From positions 49,910,001-49,974,000 of the forward strand of contig OX597821.1 in the NCBI GenBank assembly GCA_951406725.2: 64,000 bases of DNA, given 5' to 3'. Origin of the DNA: Octopus vulgaris. Lineage: Eukaryota. The position numbers and the translations under genes were made by a program. Below are positions 12,786-26,339 of this stretch, in pieces. How positions within the stretch are numbered: the first letter of the stretch is position 1; every line of letters begins with the position of its first letter. A model generated the notes under the pieces. It searched no databases and was not told the origin of the DNA. It worked only from the letters and a program-made list of their open reading frames with translations.

Positions 12786-13016
12786 TATATACATATACAG
12801 ATTGCTATATTGAACTAGGTCTGTTAAATCTACAAATCTGATCATTTTGTGTGGATTATTGGATAATGTTATATCCTGTTAACTTCTAATACTTCGACCA
12901 CTTAGTTCGTCTTTTCGTTGGGACAGACTTATTTTAGCTGCAGTGTGTGTGTGTGTGTATGTATGTGTGTTTGCAGCTGCTGTACATTGTTGCTAAGTGA
13001 TTAAAATTGTACTTAC

Positions 13017-13105
13017 TCTAGGAATTCTGGTTTTTTCCTCATCAAGCTGCAGAACTCTGCGTATCCAATACCATCCTCAATATCCATGTCTGCTTCATCC
13101 ATTAC
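13017..13105 (-). CDS. CIB1: CIB1-like exon encoding the last EF-hand (VMDEADMDIEDGIGYAEFCSLMRKKPEFL)
   Basis: 89-nt exon, ttgcag/gtaagt boundaries, EF-hand homologous to CIB ILEESDIDRDGTINLSEF. Confidence 0.9.
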
Positions 13106-13806
13106 CTGCAATTATCATACGAACCAATGCTAAGCCTCTACATGGTTTATCGTGGTGTCCAAAATAGCAGCACAAATGCCCTTATAGTCACGCTTGGTTG
13201 TTTTAAAGGTACACATAATTGATTAATGTAATCCCATATGTACTATACAGCAGTTGGCTGGTGGAATGCTGTGGTCTCTCTTGTAGGCCATGAAAACCAG
13301 ATAACCAACTCTTATAAGTTGTCACGTTAAAAGCACCCAACACACAGAAGTGGCTGGCATTAGGAAGGGCATCTTAGCTGCAGAAACCATGCTAAAACAT
13401 ACAATTGGAGCCTGGTGCAGCTCTCTGGCTTGCCAGCATGGAAAATGGATGTTATGGGATGATGATGATCATGAAGATATTTACTTACTTTAATGCTCTA
13501 TACTTGAAAGTGAGATGGTCATAGCTAGAATTATCTTTTGATCACAGATCTCAGCTCAGTTAGAACTGAACAACAGCTAGCAATAATACGAACTAACGAG
13601 GTATCAGCTGTCATGTGACACACTTTGGAATATACATGTGCCACTGTGGATAATATCGAGTAATGTTGTATAGTTACAATCATTATGATTTATTGTAGTC
13701 ACATTCTATGATGTATGCATAAAAAAAAAGTTGAAATTGATATTAAATTTTTAAAATAAAAATATTAAATCAAAATTAAATACAAGACGTATTTCAAATT
13801 ACTCAC

Positions 13807-13934
13807 TTTGTCAATGAGAAACTCTATTTGTTCTTCAGACAAGATGTCGTCATCACATGGGTGGTTCATCTTGATTAAGCATAAGATTGCTTGTTCAATG
13901 TCACTTCGGGAAATTATTTTGTCATCATCGAAAT
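13807..13934 (-). CDS. CIB1: CIB1-like exon encoding EF-hand 3 (DFDDDKIISRSDIEQAILCL...LSEEQIEFLIDK)
   Basis: 128-nt exon, aatcag/gtgagt boundaries, DFDDD motif typical of CIB1. Confidence 0.9.
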
Positions 13935-14604
13935 CTGATTTAAAAAGAAATCAGTGTTTTATATATATATATGTTTTTTTATCTTCTATTTGTTTCAGCT
14001 GTTAGACTGTGGCCATGCTGGGGCACCACTTTGGAGAAGTTTTAGTCAAATGAATTGACAGCAGTATTTTTTTTGGTTGTCAGATATTGTATTTCAGAAT
14101 AATCATTTTTTTTTTTTTTTGCCAAATAAACACATGCACGATCTCTTTTGCCGAACCGCTGAGTGGTAAGAAGCATGGTTCCGGATTCAGTCCCACTGCG
14201 GGACATCTTGAGCAAGTGTCTTCTACTATAGCTTCAGGCTGACCAAAGCCTTGTGAGTCGATTTGGTAGGCGGAAATTGAAAGAAGACCGTAGTATATAT
14301 GTATATATATATATATGTGTGTGTGTGTGTATAAGTTTGTGTCTGTGTTTGTCCCCCCCAACATCGCTTGACAACCGATGGTGGTGTGTTTACGTCCCCG
14401 TAACTTAGCGATTCTGAAAAGAAACCGATTGAATAAGTATTAAGCTTACAAAGAATGTCCTGAGGTCGATTTACTTGACTAAAGGCAGTGCTCCTGCATG
14501 GCCACAGTCAAATGCCTGAAACAAGTAAAAGAGTGATGAACCGATGCAAAGATTGATAAAATAAGTGATTACTTGACAACTGGTGTGGGGTTGTTTACAA
14601 CCCC

Positions 14605-14851
<247 letters not shown>

Positions 14852-15915
14852 CTCCCACCATCGCTTAACAACTGATGTTGATGTGTTTACGGCCCGGTAA
14901 CATAGCAGCTCGGTAAAAAAAAAACCGATAGAATAAGCACTAGGCTAACAAAGAATAAAACCGAAATTTAACTAACAAGTTGGCTGATAATACTTTCTAC
15001 TAAAAGCACAAGGCCTGAAATTTTATGGGAGGGATCTAATCAATTACATCGACCTCAGTGTTTCACAAGCACTTAACTTACTGATCTCGAAAGGATGAAA
15101 AGCTAAGTCGACCTCGGCGGAATCTGAACTCAACGTAAAGACGGACGAAATGCCACTAAGGATTTTGCCTTGCATGTTAACGATACTGCCAGCTTGCCGC
15201 CTTTCGTTGGCTGACAATAATAAAAAGAAATAAAATGTAATCAATCCTTGTTTTATTATTGGCAAAATAACCCTCCCAACGTATAATGATGTCTATTTCA
15301 AATCAAGAATAGTGCAAAAAAAAAAAAAAAAAAAACAAGAACGAAATATCACAACCAACTAATGGACAAAAGTACACATTTACAAAACAACCAGCAAAGA
15401 GCTTCAATTACCTAAAAGATACCAAAAGAGGATTAGAGTACTGCCCTGTGAAACATATAATGAAATGGAGTAATTAATCCTGAAAATAATGGATCCCTGC
15501 CCGAACCATCGCCGGCGTCATTGCTATTTCACTTGAATTAGACCCTACTCACTTTAAAAGTTGAAAGGGTACACTATTCCTGAAAACAAGATGCGTTGGT
15601 CACGACTGGGACAACTTTGATTATAGGATTACATCTGCTCCATCAGGGCCAAAATACGACAGCAATGGTGTATGGCAAGTTTGATCTGTGGATTGGTACA
15701 ACCTAAAGGAAAATCCTCTGCTCAGCTAAACATCAACGGTGACTAGAAGTATCTAAGTAAACTGGTGCAAGTAAAGTCTTCTGAAGAAGACACATACCAG
15801 GCAGCCCTTCTTTCCTACGAACACGCAAAAACACAAAGAAAGTGGGGAAGTAGGACATATTTCAACAGTAGACCCACACATTTTTTCGTTAACTTGACAC
15901 AATAATACAGCAAAT

Positions 15916-16841
15916 AACTGGCAAACCTTAGTGGAAATATTTTTAAAAGATGCAGACAAAAAGGCGGTCAAATATTCTTTTATTCTTTTACTTCTCTCAG
16001 TCATTTGACTGCAGCCATGCTGAAGCACTGCCTTTAGTCAATGAAGTCGACCCTAGGTTTTATTCTTTGTTAGCCCAGTACTTATTCTATCGGTCTCTTT
16101 TGCCGAGCTGCTATGTTACAGGGCCGTAAACAAACCAACATCAGTTGTTAAGCGATGGTGGGAGGACAAACACAGACACAAGCACACATACATACATACA
16201 TACATACATACATACATACATACATACATACATACATACATACATACATACGTACGTACGTACGTACGTACGTACGTACGTACGGATGTATGTATGTGTG
16301 TGTTTGTGTGTGTATACGACAAGATTCTTTCAGTTTCCGCCCACCAAATCCACTCACAAGACTTTGGTCAGCTTCAAGCTATAGTAGAAGACACTTGCTC
16401 AAGATGTCACGCAGTGGGACTGAATCCGGAACCATGCTTCTTACCACTCAGCGGTTCGGCAAAAGAGATCGATAAAATAAGTACTGGGCTTACAAAGAAT
16501 AAATCCTGGGGTCGATTTGCTGTATGTATGTATGTATGTATGTATGTATGTATGTATGTATGTATGTATGTGTGCTTGTGTCTGTGTTTGTCCTCCCACC
16601 ATCGCTTAACAACTGATGTTGGTGTGTTTACGGCCCTGTAACATAGCAGCTCGGCAAAAGAGACCGATAGAATAAGTACTAGGCTAACAAAGAATAAAAC
16701 CTAGGGTCGACTTCATTGACTAAAGGCAGTGCTCCAGCATGGCTGCAGTCAAATGACTGAGAGAAGTAAAAGAATAAAAGAATATTTGACCGCCTTTTTG
16801 TCTGCATCTTTTAAAAATATTTCCACTAAGGTTTGCCAGTT
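15916..16841. repeat. Long near-perfect inverted repeat (arms ~15916-16240 and ~16522-16841)
   Basis: Each arm contains a SINE 3' half plus ~60 bp of non-SINE flank (AACTGGCAAACCTTAGTGG...); I counted only 3 substitutions outside the microsatellite. Confidence 0.9.
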
Positions 16842-17676
16842 GGTTTTAATTATTATCGCTCGTATTTCAGAGTCACATGACTGAAACAAGTAAAAGAACA
16901 AAAAGAGCAGAGTAATTCATCAGGAAATGCTGAAAAAAATGTTCTCACCAGATTATGTTGCGCACTCGATAACAGAGTTTAAGTACGAACCAGACGAAAG
17001 AGTTACCTTCGAGGTTTACTATAGAAGATACGAACAAATCTTCAATAAAGAGTGCAAAGATTGGGACACGATATTAAAACGCGTTTAATCTTAGGAAAAC
17101 TGGCAGCAGGAGAATATGAGCGTTACAGCAATTGCGTACTCCCGAAAAAATCTTGACATAAAATTTGAAGACAAAATAGACATATTGTGTAAATCTTTTA
17201 GAGAGAAAAGCTCGTTGTTCAATACACTTTGGAAATGTTTGAACCTAGAAAATGAGGAGGACTACATCGCATATGCTGGTAGAGTTAACAGAGAATGTGA
17301 AAAGTTCAAGCTGGACGAATTAACGCCAGATATGTTCAAGCTGGACGAATTAACGCCAGATATGTTCAAGTACCTCAGGGACTAACTGCAGAAAGACGCG
17401 GAAGTAAGAACAAAAATTCTCGCTAAGCTGGAACAAAACCAAGCTGTAACCTTACAACAAGGTCAGAAGAGTGCGAAAGAGCAGTAAATTTAAGACACAA
17501 CACAGAGAAAATTGAATTTAAAGATTGTTCTCAAGTGAAACAAGTGCGAAATAAGCAGAATAGAAATCAAGTGTGTACTAAAATATAGTTCAAACAGGGC
17601 AAGAATCAGGGGGAAAAAACATGTTTTGCACGTGGGGGTTTACATCCGAGGAAAAACTCTTCATTTAAGAAAGCAG

Positions 17677-18522
17677 CTACTTCTTCAATGCTTTAGAGAG
17701 CGTCCATGTTTGAGCCCCCGTGTAGAACAGATTCCACTGTTGCTAGAAACAACTTCACTTTCAGTTTCTTTGCTAACTTTGAACTCCATACTTTTCTCAA
17801 TTTATGGCATGCGCTCCAGTTAAGAGCTTTCCTTTCTACAATATCTTTTTAAGTACTTTGTGTCCACGCACCTAAGTATTTGAAGTTTTCAGCTACCTTG
17901 AGCGACTTACCGTCTATCACTTTCACTGACACAGGCATTTCGTGGTTGAATACTTGCAGCTCTGTTTTCTTTGCGCTACAGTACAATCCTACCTTCCCCA
18001 ATTCCTGCTCTAATATGCTCAGCACCTCCTGTGCCTGATCTTTCCTCTCTGTTAGTAATGCCAGGACATCAGCATAGTCAGTTACTGTTACTGCTTGATG
18101 GTGTCTACTTCTTTGCCAATGCAGTTTGAACCCCAGTTACACGAAGATGCTTAGAATGGCACTCAATGTCTCCTGGAAGTCATACAACAAACGCTGACTT
18201 ATACCAGGGACTGCCAAAGGTAACATTGAAGGTACAGCATAGAAGGATGAGGCTAGCTGGACACTGCATCAGACATACCGAAGAAATTGCTAACATGCTA
18301 GTTCTCTGGCAACCAACGGATGGAAGAACCAGTTGAGGAAGGAGGAAGATAACCTATATTGACAACTTGCTGGGGGATATTGGTATGGAAGGAGTATAGA
18401 AGAGGACCATTATGGAAGATCGAGATGAGTGGGGAAAACGTGCGGAAACAATCTTGAGGCGTCCTAAGGGACGACCTAGATAGACAGACAGACAGACAGA
18501 TAGACAGATAGATAGATAGATA
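17677..18522. mobile_element. 5'-truncated, 5'-inverted RTE-clade LINE inserted in Gypsy gag
   Basis: TSD AAGAAAGCAG (17667-17676, 18523-18532). 17677-~18136 is minus-strand RT (DYADVLALL...FKYLG...HGAQTWTL). ~18137-18480 is the plus-strand continuation (YTKMLRMALNVSW...RMRLAGHCIRH), ending in a (TAGA)n tail. Confidence 0.88.
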
Positions 18523-18622
18523 AAGAAAGCAGAATGCTTCTGTTGTGGAAAAAATTGGACACATAAAAACGCACTGTAAAACCAAGATAACAAAACGTTG
18601 GAACAAAGGGTAAAAATAAACA

Positions 18623-18784
18623 GTAGTGGCTGTGTGGTAAGTAGCTTGTTTACCAACACCAACAATATGGTTCCAGGTTCAGTCCCACTGCGTGGCACCT
18701 TGGGCAAGTGTCTTCTACTATAGGCTCGGGCCGACTAAAGCCTCATGATTGGATTTGGTAGACGTACACTGAAAGAAGTCCGTC

Positions 18785-18815
<31 letters not shown>

Positions 18816-19027
18816 AGCGCAAGTATGTGTATTTGCTCCCCAACACCGTTTGACAACCGATGCTGGTGTGTTTACGTCCCCGAAACTGTAGCGGTTTGGC
18901 AAAAGTGACCTATAGAATAAGTACTGGGCTTATAAAGAATAAGTCCTGGGGTCGATTTGTTCGACTAAAGGCGGTGCCCCGGCATGGCCACAATCAAATG
19001 ACAGAAACAAGTTGAAGAATAAAAAAA
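18623..19027 (+). mobile_element. Major tRNA-derived SINE nested in Gypsy element
   Basis: Full head, core and tail match to the family. Confidence 0.85.
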
Positions 19028-19948
19028 TAAATTATGTCATCGAAAGAAAATTATACTGTAACGAAGAGGAAATTCGTAAATGTGATAATTAAAAATATAA
19101 GAGTAAAAATGTAGTTAGGCACTGGAAGTGATATTCCCATTGTGAACGAAAAAAGTTGGAAGTATAGCAGTAAACCAAAATTAAGTAAATCTACAAAAGT
19201 AGCTGAAGGTGTTACGGATAAAAGATTGTAATTTGTCAGTGAATTTGTGTGTAATGTGACAGTTCGTGACTAAATGAAAACGGCAAAAGATATGTGCTAA
19301 AAAATTCAGTTAATTTATTTGGCACAGAGTGGATGGAACTATTCAAATTGTGGAATACGCCCATAAGTGTTTTGTGTGGGAATATAGTCGGTTCACTTGA
19401 AGGTTCGAATGCGGCAGAGGGACTGAAACAAAATATAAAACGTTTATTTCCAGACGTTTTCTCGGAGGAAGTCGGTTGCTGCGCGAAAAAAAAAAGAAGG
19501 CAAAATTTGCAGTAAAACGAAGTGCAACACCTGTATTTAAGCCAAAATGGAATGTACCGTTTGCGTGCGGCAATAGACCAGATAAACAAGGAACTTGAAA
19601 CACTTGAAAGCCTAGAAATTATCGAGAAGATGGACCACTCAGACTGGGCAGCACCCACGGTTTACGTAAAATAGAAAAATAACAAGTTCAGAGTTTGTGC
19701 AGATATTTCAACAAGTGTGAATGATTGCTTAATTTCACATAACCACTCATTGCCGAGTCCTGAGGAAGTGTTCGCAAAATTGAACGGAGGAAAATTCTTC
19801 TCAAAATTAGACCTCTCCGAGGCATATATGCAAATCCATGTAGAAGAAGAATGTTCACACTTATTAACTATCAATATACACCGTGGCTTATTTAAATTTA
19901 AGCGGTTTCCCTTCAGTGTAAAAGTGGCTCCTTCCATATTTCAGCAAA

Positions 19949-20511
19949 TCTATATATATAAAATTGTAGTTGTGTGAGTGTCTGTCCCCTTCGATTTAGA
20001 TTCCTAACTACTCCCACATTTTGCGGTGCAGTTTAACCAAATTCAGGTATCTTATAGTCGTGATTCATATCAAGCCTGTCTGAGTATTAGCGCGCGTCTA
20101 CGATGAGTCTACGATTTTAAAAATAATTTAACATCATTTTTTATTCCATTTTAATGCATAATTTTTCGTGTGTCGATGGCGGCGGAGTTGGCGTCCATGG
20201 TCACACCTGCACCTGTTTGCTTCTCCCCCTTCTTCCCTCCCTCGTGAAGCTGTGGGGAAGGGAGTGTAAGGAAATCAACGGCGTAAAGCGTTGTCAAGGA
20301 GACCAGCGTTCTTTTAGAACAACGACTTCATGGCTTGAAGACACCAAAACAGAAAATGTCTACGATCAGTCAACGATTTAAAAAAAAATTTACCATAATT
20401 TTTTTCCATTTTTAATGCATTTTTTTTGCTATTTTTTGGCTATAACTCTCTAAAATTGCTTATATAGTTATTTCCGTTACAAACCCGAGCAACGCCGGGC
20501 GATACTGCTAG
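19949..20511 (+). mobile_element. Non-autonomous Helitron inserted in Gypsy RT
   Basis: 5' TC, 3' CTAG, subterminal hairpin CCCGAGCAACGCCGGG, inserted at A|T; removing it restores IFQQ-IIDTML. Confidence 0.9.
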
Positions 20512-21559
20512 TAATTGATACAATGCTAGGTGGCTGTGATTTTTGCTTTCACCTATTTTGACGATTTTCTAATAAAAATCAGAATCTCATGGACATCATG
20601 TAGAACACGTTAAAAGAGTATTCGAGAAGATTAGAGAATACGGTTTCAAGTTAACAGAAGAAAAAATGCGAGTTCTTCATCAAAAATATACTTGGGCCAA
20701 ATAATGGATAAAAGCAGACGGAAACCGGATCCATCCAGAGCAACTAAGATAAAATATATATATATATCCACGCCGAATAATGTGACTATGGTGCAAGCAT
20801 TCTTTGATTTAATAAATTGTTATCAAATTTACATTCCCAATACACATAATTTAAGGGCCTCGCTCAATGATCTGTTAAGGAAAAATACAGAATGGTGTTG
20901 GACTGATAAGTGCCAAAAGGCACTTGACGAGTTAAAAAGCATTTCAACAGCAGACTTATTGTTAACGCATTTTGAAGCAAAGTTGGATATATTGGTTACA
21001 TATGCGAGTGAGAACGGTGTAAGAGCCGCACTTCTGCACAAATACGACAATGGGAGTAAAAGAACTAAAGCTCATGCATCACGATCGTTATTGCTAGCAG
21101 AGAGGAACTATAGCCAGATAGAAAAGTAAACGTGAGCAATCATATTCGTATGTATGTATGTATGTATGTATGTATGTATGTATGTATGTATGTATGTATG
21201 TATGCATGTATGCATGTATGTATGTATGTATGTATGTATGTATGTATGTATGTATGTATGTATGTATGTACGTATGTACGTATGTATGTACGTACGTACG
21301 TACGTATGAGTCGGGCTTCTTTCAATTTCCGTCTACCAACTTCACTCACAAGGCTTTGGTTGGCCTGAGGCTTTAGCAGAAGACATTTGCCCAAGGTGCC
21401 ACGCAGTGGGACTGAACCTGGAACCATATGTTTGGGAAGCAAGCTTCTTACCGCACAGCCATGTCTCGGAAAGATTTACTCATTGATATTTCTTAATTAT
21501 TCAAAATAAACTTAAGAGAGGATAATGAAATTTGGCACACACGTTTTAATGTAAATTGT

Positions 21560-21965
21560 AAATCCATTTCAGTAATTACATTTCAAAACTACCATCTTCT
21601 GCCTTGATCGTAGCCTGCAAACAAGTGATCACGGAGTTTCACAAGCGCCGTCCCACTGCTTCATTCAACTTGACCCAGGAGGACAGAAGAGCTTTCTTCA
21701 TATCTTACACATTTAAATAGGAGTGAGCAGAAACATTACTCTCTAAGATGGACCAGATAGCAAAATCCATGGGACAGATGTCTGGACTTGTGGGAGGCCA
21801 TATTGACTTATCCCCCAAACTGCTGAAATTGTCTTTGTACCAACCACATCTGTGTCATATCGGATGTTTGGGTCGCAGCCCCGTCTTGTGTTAAGATGTA
21901 AAGGTCACCAAAGGTTTCTGTGACCTCACTTTCTCATCCAACTTCTTCTCGTAAACTTCACTACT
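21560..21965 (-). mobile_element. Decayed Tc1/maT transposase fragment
   Basis: Minus strand QDGAATQ...WPPTSPDICPMDFAIWSILE. Confidence 0.7.
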
Positions 21966-22468
21966 GACATTGCCGCCGGCATCGACGCTTGTGTGTATGT
22001 GTGTGCTTGTGTGCGTGCGTGTGTGTGTGTGTATATGTGTTTGTGTGCTTCTGTGTGTGCGTGCGTGTGTGTCTGTGTGTGCGTGTGTGTCTGTGTGTGA
22101 CAATCCATGTGACCAAATGAAAACAGAAGACGACGGTAGGAAATGTAACCAATAGAAAAACTTATTTTGTTGGTTAATTATATCTTAGTTGGTTGTCAAT
22201 TGTAATTTCATTTTCACGTTAATTATAGAGTAGAATGTGTTCCAAGAAAAACATCTGGCAAGGGAGAAATTTATGTAGCCAAGCAACTGCGTAATGCTTA
22301 AGAAGTAGGTGTGTGTGCGTGTGCACGCGTGTTCAGTCCCTTGTACCGAAAATCATACCTTTATTGTTTCTTTATCTGTCCGGGTTTGCGGCCGGGTGGG
22401 TGTAAGAAAATAACGAGAAAGAACATTGGCTGAGGGAGGAAATAAAGATAGAGAAGGGGAGAAGAGAG

Positions 22469-22534
<66 letters not shown>

Positions 22535-25487
22535 GTACGGAGAGTGGGGATGTAATCAAACAATCGTAGCTTTAAGATTGAATGAAGAAATGTAGGTTTC
22601 TAGTGCAATATTTACTTACCATATGTCCTACACATTGGTATATGTAAAAGAAAGCTATTGGGTATCAGGAAATTAACAAGACGTATATACAGAAGCACTA
22701 ATGTAAACACAATTCGTTGAATTCGTAGAATCTGTGGGAGAAAAGCTACCGTTCATTAGTTGAAAAATTTAAACAATGACAAACTGTTGAACCGCGGGTG
22801 TGGGTTTCCTAAATAGTTTTGCTTAGTCAGCGACAACTAGTACAATTGTAACTACTACTACTGTGCTGTGGCTGTGAAGATTGGTGTGAATAATTTAATT
22901 GTTTTTACATAAAACGCACAAGACTAGCAATTTTTGAGGGGAGGGTATTAGTCGATCATATGGACTTCGATACATGACTGGTACTGTCTTTTATCGACAC
23001 AGAGCGTGAAAAACACTCACATACACAAAGTATTTTGTCCAATGCTCTCAAGAACATCGCGTGAATCCATTGCCCAAATAATAACGCTTTCTAATTTTGG
23101 CACAAGGTCAGTAATTTTGATGAAAGGAAGAAGTCGATTACCTCAACTCCAGTGTTTAACTGGTATTTATTTTATCGACCCCAAAAGGATGAAAAGCAAA
23201 AGTGATCTTGGCGGAATTTGAACTCAGAACGTAAAGAGGCTAAATGCTGCAAAGTATTTTGCCTGCAAACGATTCTGCCAGCACACCGCCTTTAATACTA
23301 GTTGTAATTTTCGGTACAATGCCAGGAATCTTGAAGTGAAAGAATTCTGCTAACTCGATGTCTTTAAACAAGGCTATCTTCAAACAAGTACTCGACCCCA
23401 GTACTTGACTGTTACTTTATTTTATGCCAATCCACTGCCTTAAATCATTATTATTCCTAATTCAGACACAATGCCAGCAATTCTGAGGGATGGGCTAGTC
23501 GATACCGCAGAACATAGCGTTTGGCTTATATTATATTTTATCGAGGGTTGAAAAGCAAAGCGGACGTCGGTGAGTTTCGAAATCAGAACGTATGGAGTCA
23601 GAAGAAATCTGTCAAGGCTTTTGTTCCAGCAATAACAATAATAATTCTTTCTAATTTTGGCAAGAGACCAGTAATTTTGAGAGGAAGGAGAGGGCATTAC
23701 AGTGATCCCAGTTGTAGTCAACTGATCCTTATATTACTGAGCCCTAAAGAATGGAAAGTGAAGTTGATTTGAAGTCAGAATGTAAAAAGGCGGAGAAATC
23801 AGGGCAAGTCGTTGTTATTGTTATTTCTTTAGCCCTGAGTCAAACGTAACTGAACAGATGATAGCGTCCTACCTTTTTATATGTCAGGCGAACTGCATTG
23901 GAAAATGGCATGATATTTAAAGAAAAAAACTCGTGGGGTTTTAATGCACCACACCAGTACATGTGTATTCCTATGCAACAAAATACAGTTAATGCAACCA
24001 TTTCTGTTATAAAACAATTTAAATACTCGCTTTTATAGAATACAACTTTTAAAAATCTGATGGTATCACTGTGTCATGGGTAGGAAAACGTTGAAGACGG
24101 CCAATTTACAATATTCTGTGATTTTAGGGAATTTGGTTATTGATTCTAGAAAGTCGAGCAATGTGCACAGATTCCCTCGTTTTTGGAGGGATTTGGTTAA
24201 TCGATTGAATCATGTTAACATTTTGTTCGTGATTTTTATTTTTCCGATCACTGAAATATAAGATGCGAAGTAGAAACCAACGGGAATCGAACTGAGAACG
24301 TGAATAACACACGGCACTGAGTTTAGCTGTCGAGTTGGCCACGTTCGCTATCTTAATTACAACAATAATTCCAGTAATGATATTTATTAATTATTGTTCT
24401 ACTAATCATACGGCTAATTACGTTTAAAGTATTCCTGGATATAAGAAAAGATGGGATGATCAACGCTGAAAGTTCTTTGATCGTATTGCTAACGACTGAC
24501 TTGGGGCTAAACAGCAACAGCAGCAGCAACAACAACAACAACAACAACAACAACACCACCACCAGCAACAATTATACTTATTCGCGCAAGCGAGGAAAAT
24601 TCTATGAGTTCGTTCCTTCTACTAGAAATAATTACTAATTTCTTTTGATTAATTGGACAGAGCAATCGAAGCCATAATCTTTAATGAAGACTAGGTAACC
24701 AAAGATGGAATATCTTTCATCATATATCTGGTCGATCAGGGCTGACCTGCAGTTAAACAACATGAACGAAAAATTATCAGTTTTGCAATACAAATATTTC
24801 TTTCCGAGTGTTCGCATCTTTTTGCTCTCACTGTCATCCAGTATCTGCAAGCTTACATTGCATACGCATGCGCGCTTGCATGCAAATGCAAGATTTCCCC
24901 GTAGGAAGTAATGAACTAATCGCTGCAAAACAACGAAATAATGGTCAGTTTCATGTTATATCCTGCACAATACCTACTCACACCGACATCAATTATTCTG
25001 GTTATATTAAATTACAATTGTCACTCAAAGGATACAGGCTGGCCACGAACAAACTACCCTATCAGTTCAATTCGTTCACTCCCAGTTTCACTATTCGCAG
25101 GTGGCGTTACCGGCTATCATCCGAGTCATTATTTTAAGTGATCACGTCACCACTCAGTATCTATTATCTAAAATCCTATTTCCTCCTATTCATTCTTACA
25201 TCTGGCAATAACTGTTGGTCTGTGATTCACTGATGAGGCTTAATAAGGCCGAAAAACGAACGCTATTGTTTTCATGTACTGACAACATTAAACTCACTCC
25301 ACTACCACTGCATTTTATTATTAATCAATTTAAATTAATTAAAACTCCGATGGTTGTCTTCCTCTGGCTTTCGTTTCATAGAATTGGTCATTAAGATAAT
25401 TATTCTTTTTTCTTTATTGCGAATATAAATTTAATTAAAATTGGTTGACAGTCATTTAACTATACATACACACATTCGCGTATGTGG

Positions 25488-25572
<85 letters not shown>

Positions 25573-26339
25573 TGTATAAATTTGTAGTGTAATATATGGG
25601 TTTAGAGAATTGCCGTTTTCAGAAATAGCTCCTCTAGCGGACTCAGCTAACAGATCACATCGTAATCCAATACAAAGGAGTATAATGCAGAGTTCCATGC
25701 AGCTGGAATTCAGGAGATGCAATTGAGGAGATTACTTCATGAGGAGTGCATAAACCACAAAACGGTTAGGAGTGTGGGAGGTGAATATATTTATTTAACC
25801 ACTTGTCATCCTTTGGATATGGCCGTTTCACGGCCTTCTTCATGTGATTATAATTTCAACGTATAATAAATTATGCTTACATGTCTGCACAAATATGCAC
25901 ACTACGATTGTATGATCACAAATCAATGCAAATAAAGAAAGGAAGTTCATCATATCACCAAAACATTATGGTTACACCAATGCTTCGAGTTTAAGTATAC
26001 ACACAAAAGTTTCTCTTCATAAATACAATGTATGGAAGCCTAGGATTTGATTAATAAAGATATGATGTTTCCTATCTATTAAGGAGTTGGATCAATGTTC
26101 ATGGAATTGATTATGCTTAATGTTTAGGAAAAACAAGAAGGGATAAGGAAAAGAAGTAGTTATAATAAATATAACTGAATAAATAGTATATAAAGGTACA
26201 TAAAATAATATGTAAAATAATTTAACAGGGAACAGACAGCCGGAAATATAAAGATTACACCAAGAGATTGAACAATGATAATAATTTTTAATGAGTCTAG
26301 GTCAAAACACCAAACATAAAAGCTTATGGACCTTAATTT

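Larger units (their letters stand above)
16900..21145 (+). mobile_element. Decayed Ty3/Gypsy LTR retrotransposon (gag, two zinc knuckles, protease, RT, RNase H), interrupted by nested insertions
   Basis: gag ITEFKYEPDERVTFEVYYRRYE...YAGRVNRECEKFKL; knuckle CFCCGKIGHIKTHC; RT FSKLDLSEAYMQI...VAPSIFQQ; RNase H ASRSLLLAERNYSQIEK. Many stops and frameshifts. LTRs and integrase not identified. Confidence 0.9.

Noticed and set aside
24124-24850. Possible minus-strand exons (SDRKNKNHEQ...QIP* and ILDDSESKKMRTLGKK...)
   Set aside because: Acceptors are plausible, but donors are weak and there is no homology to CIB or any protein I recognise; RNA evidence is needed.
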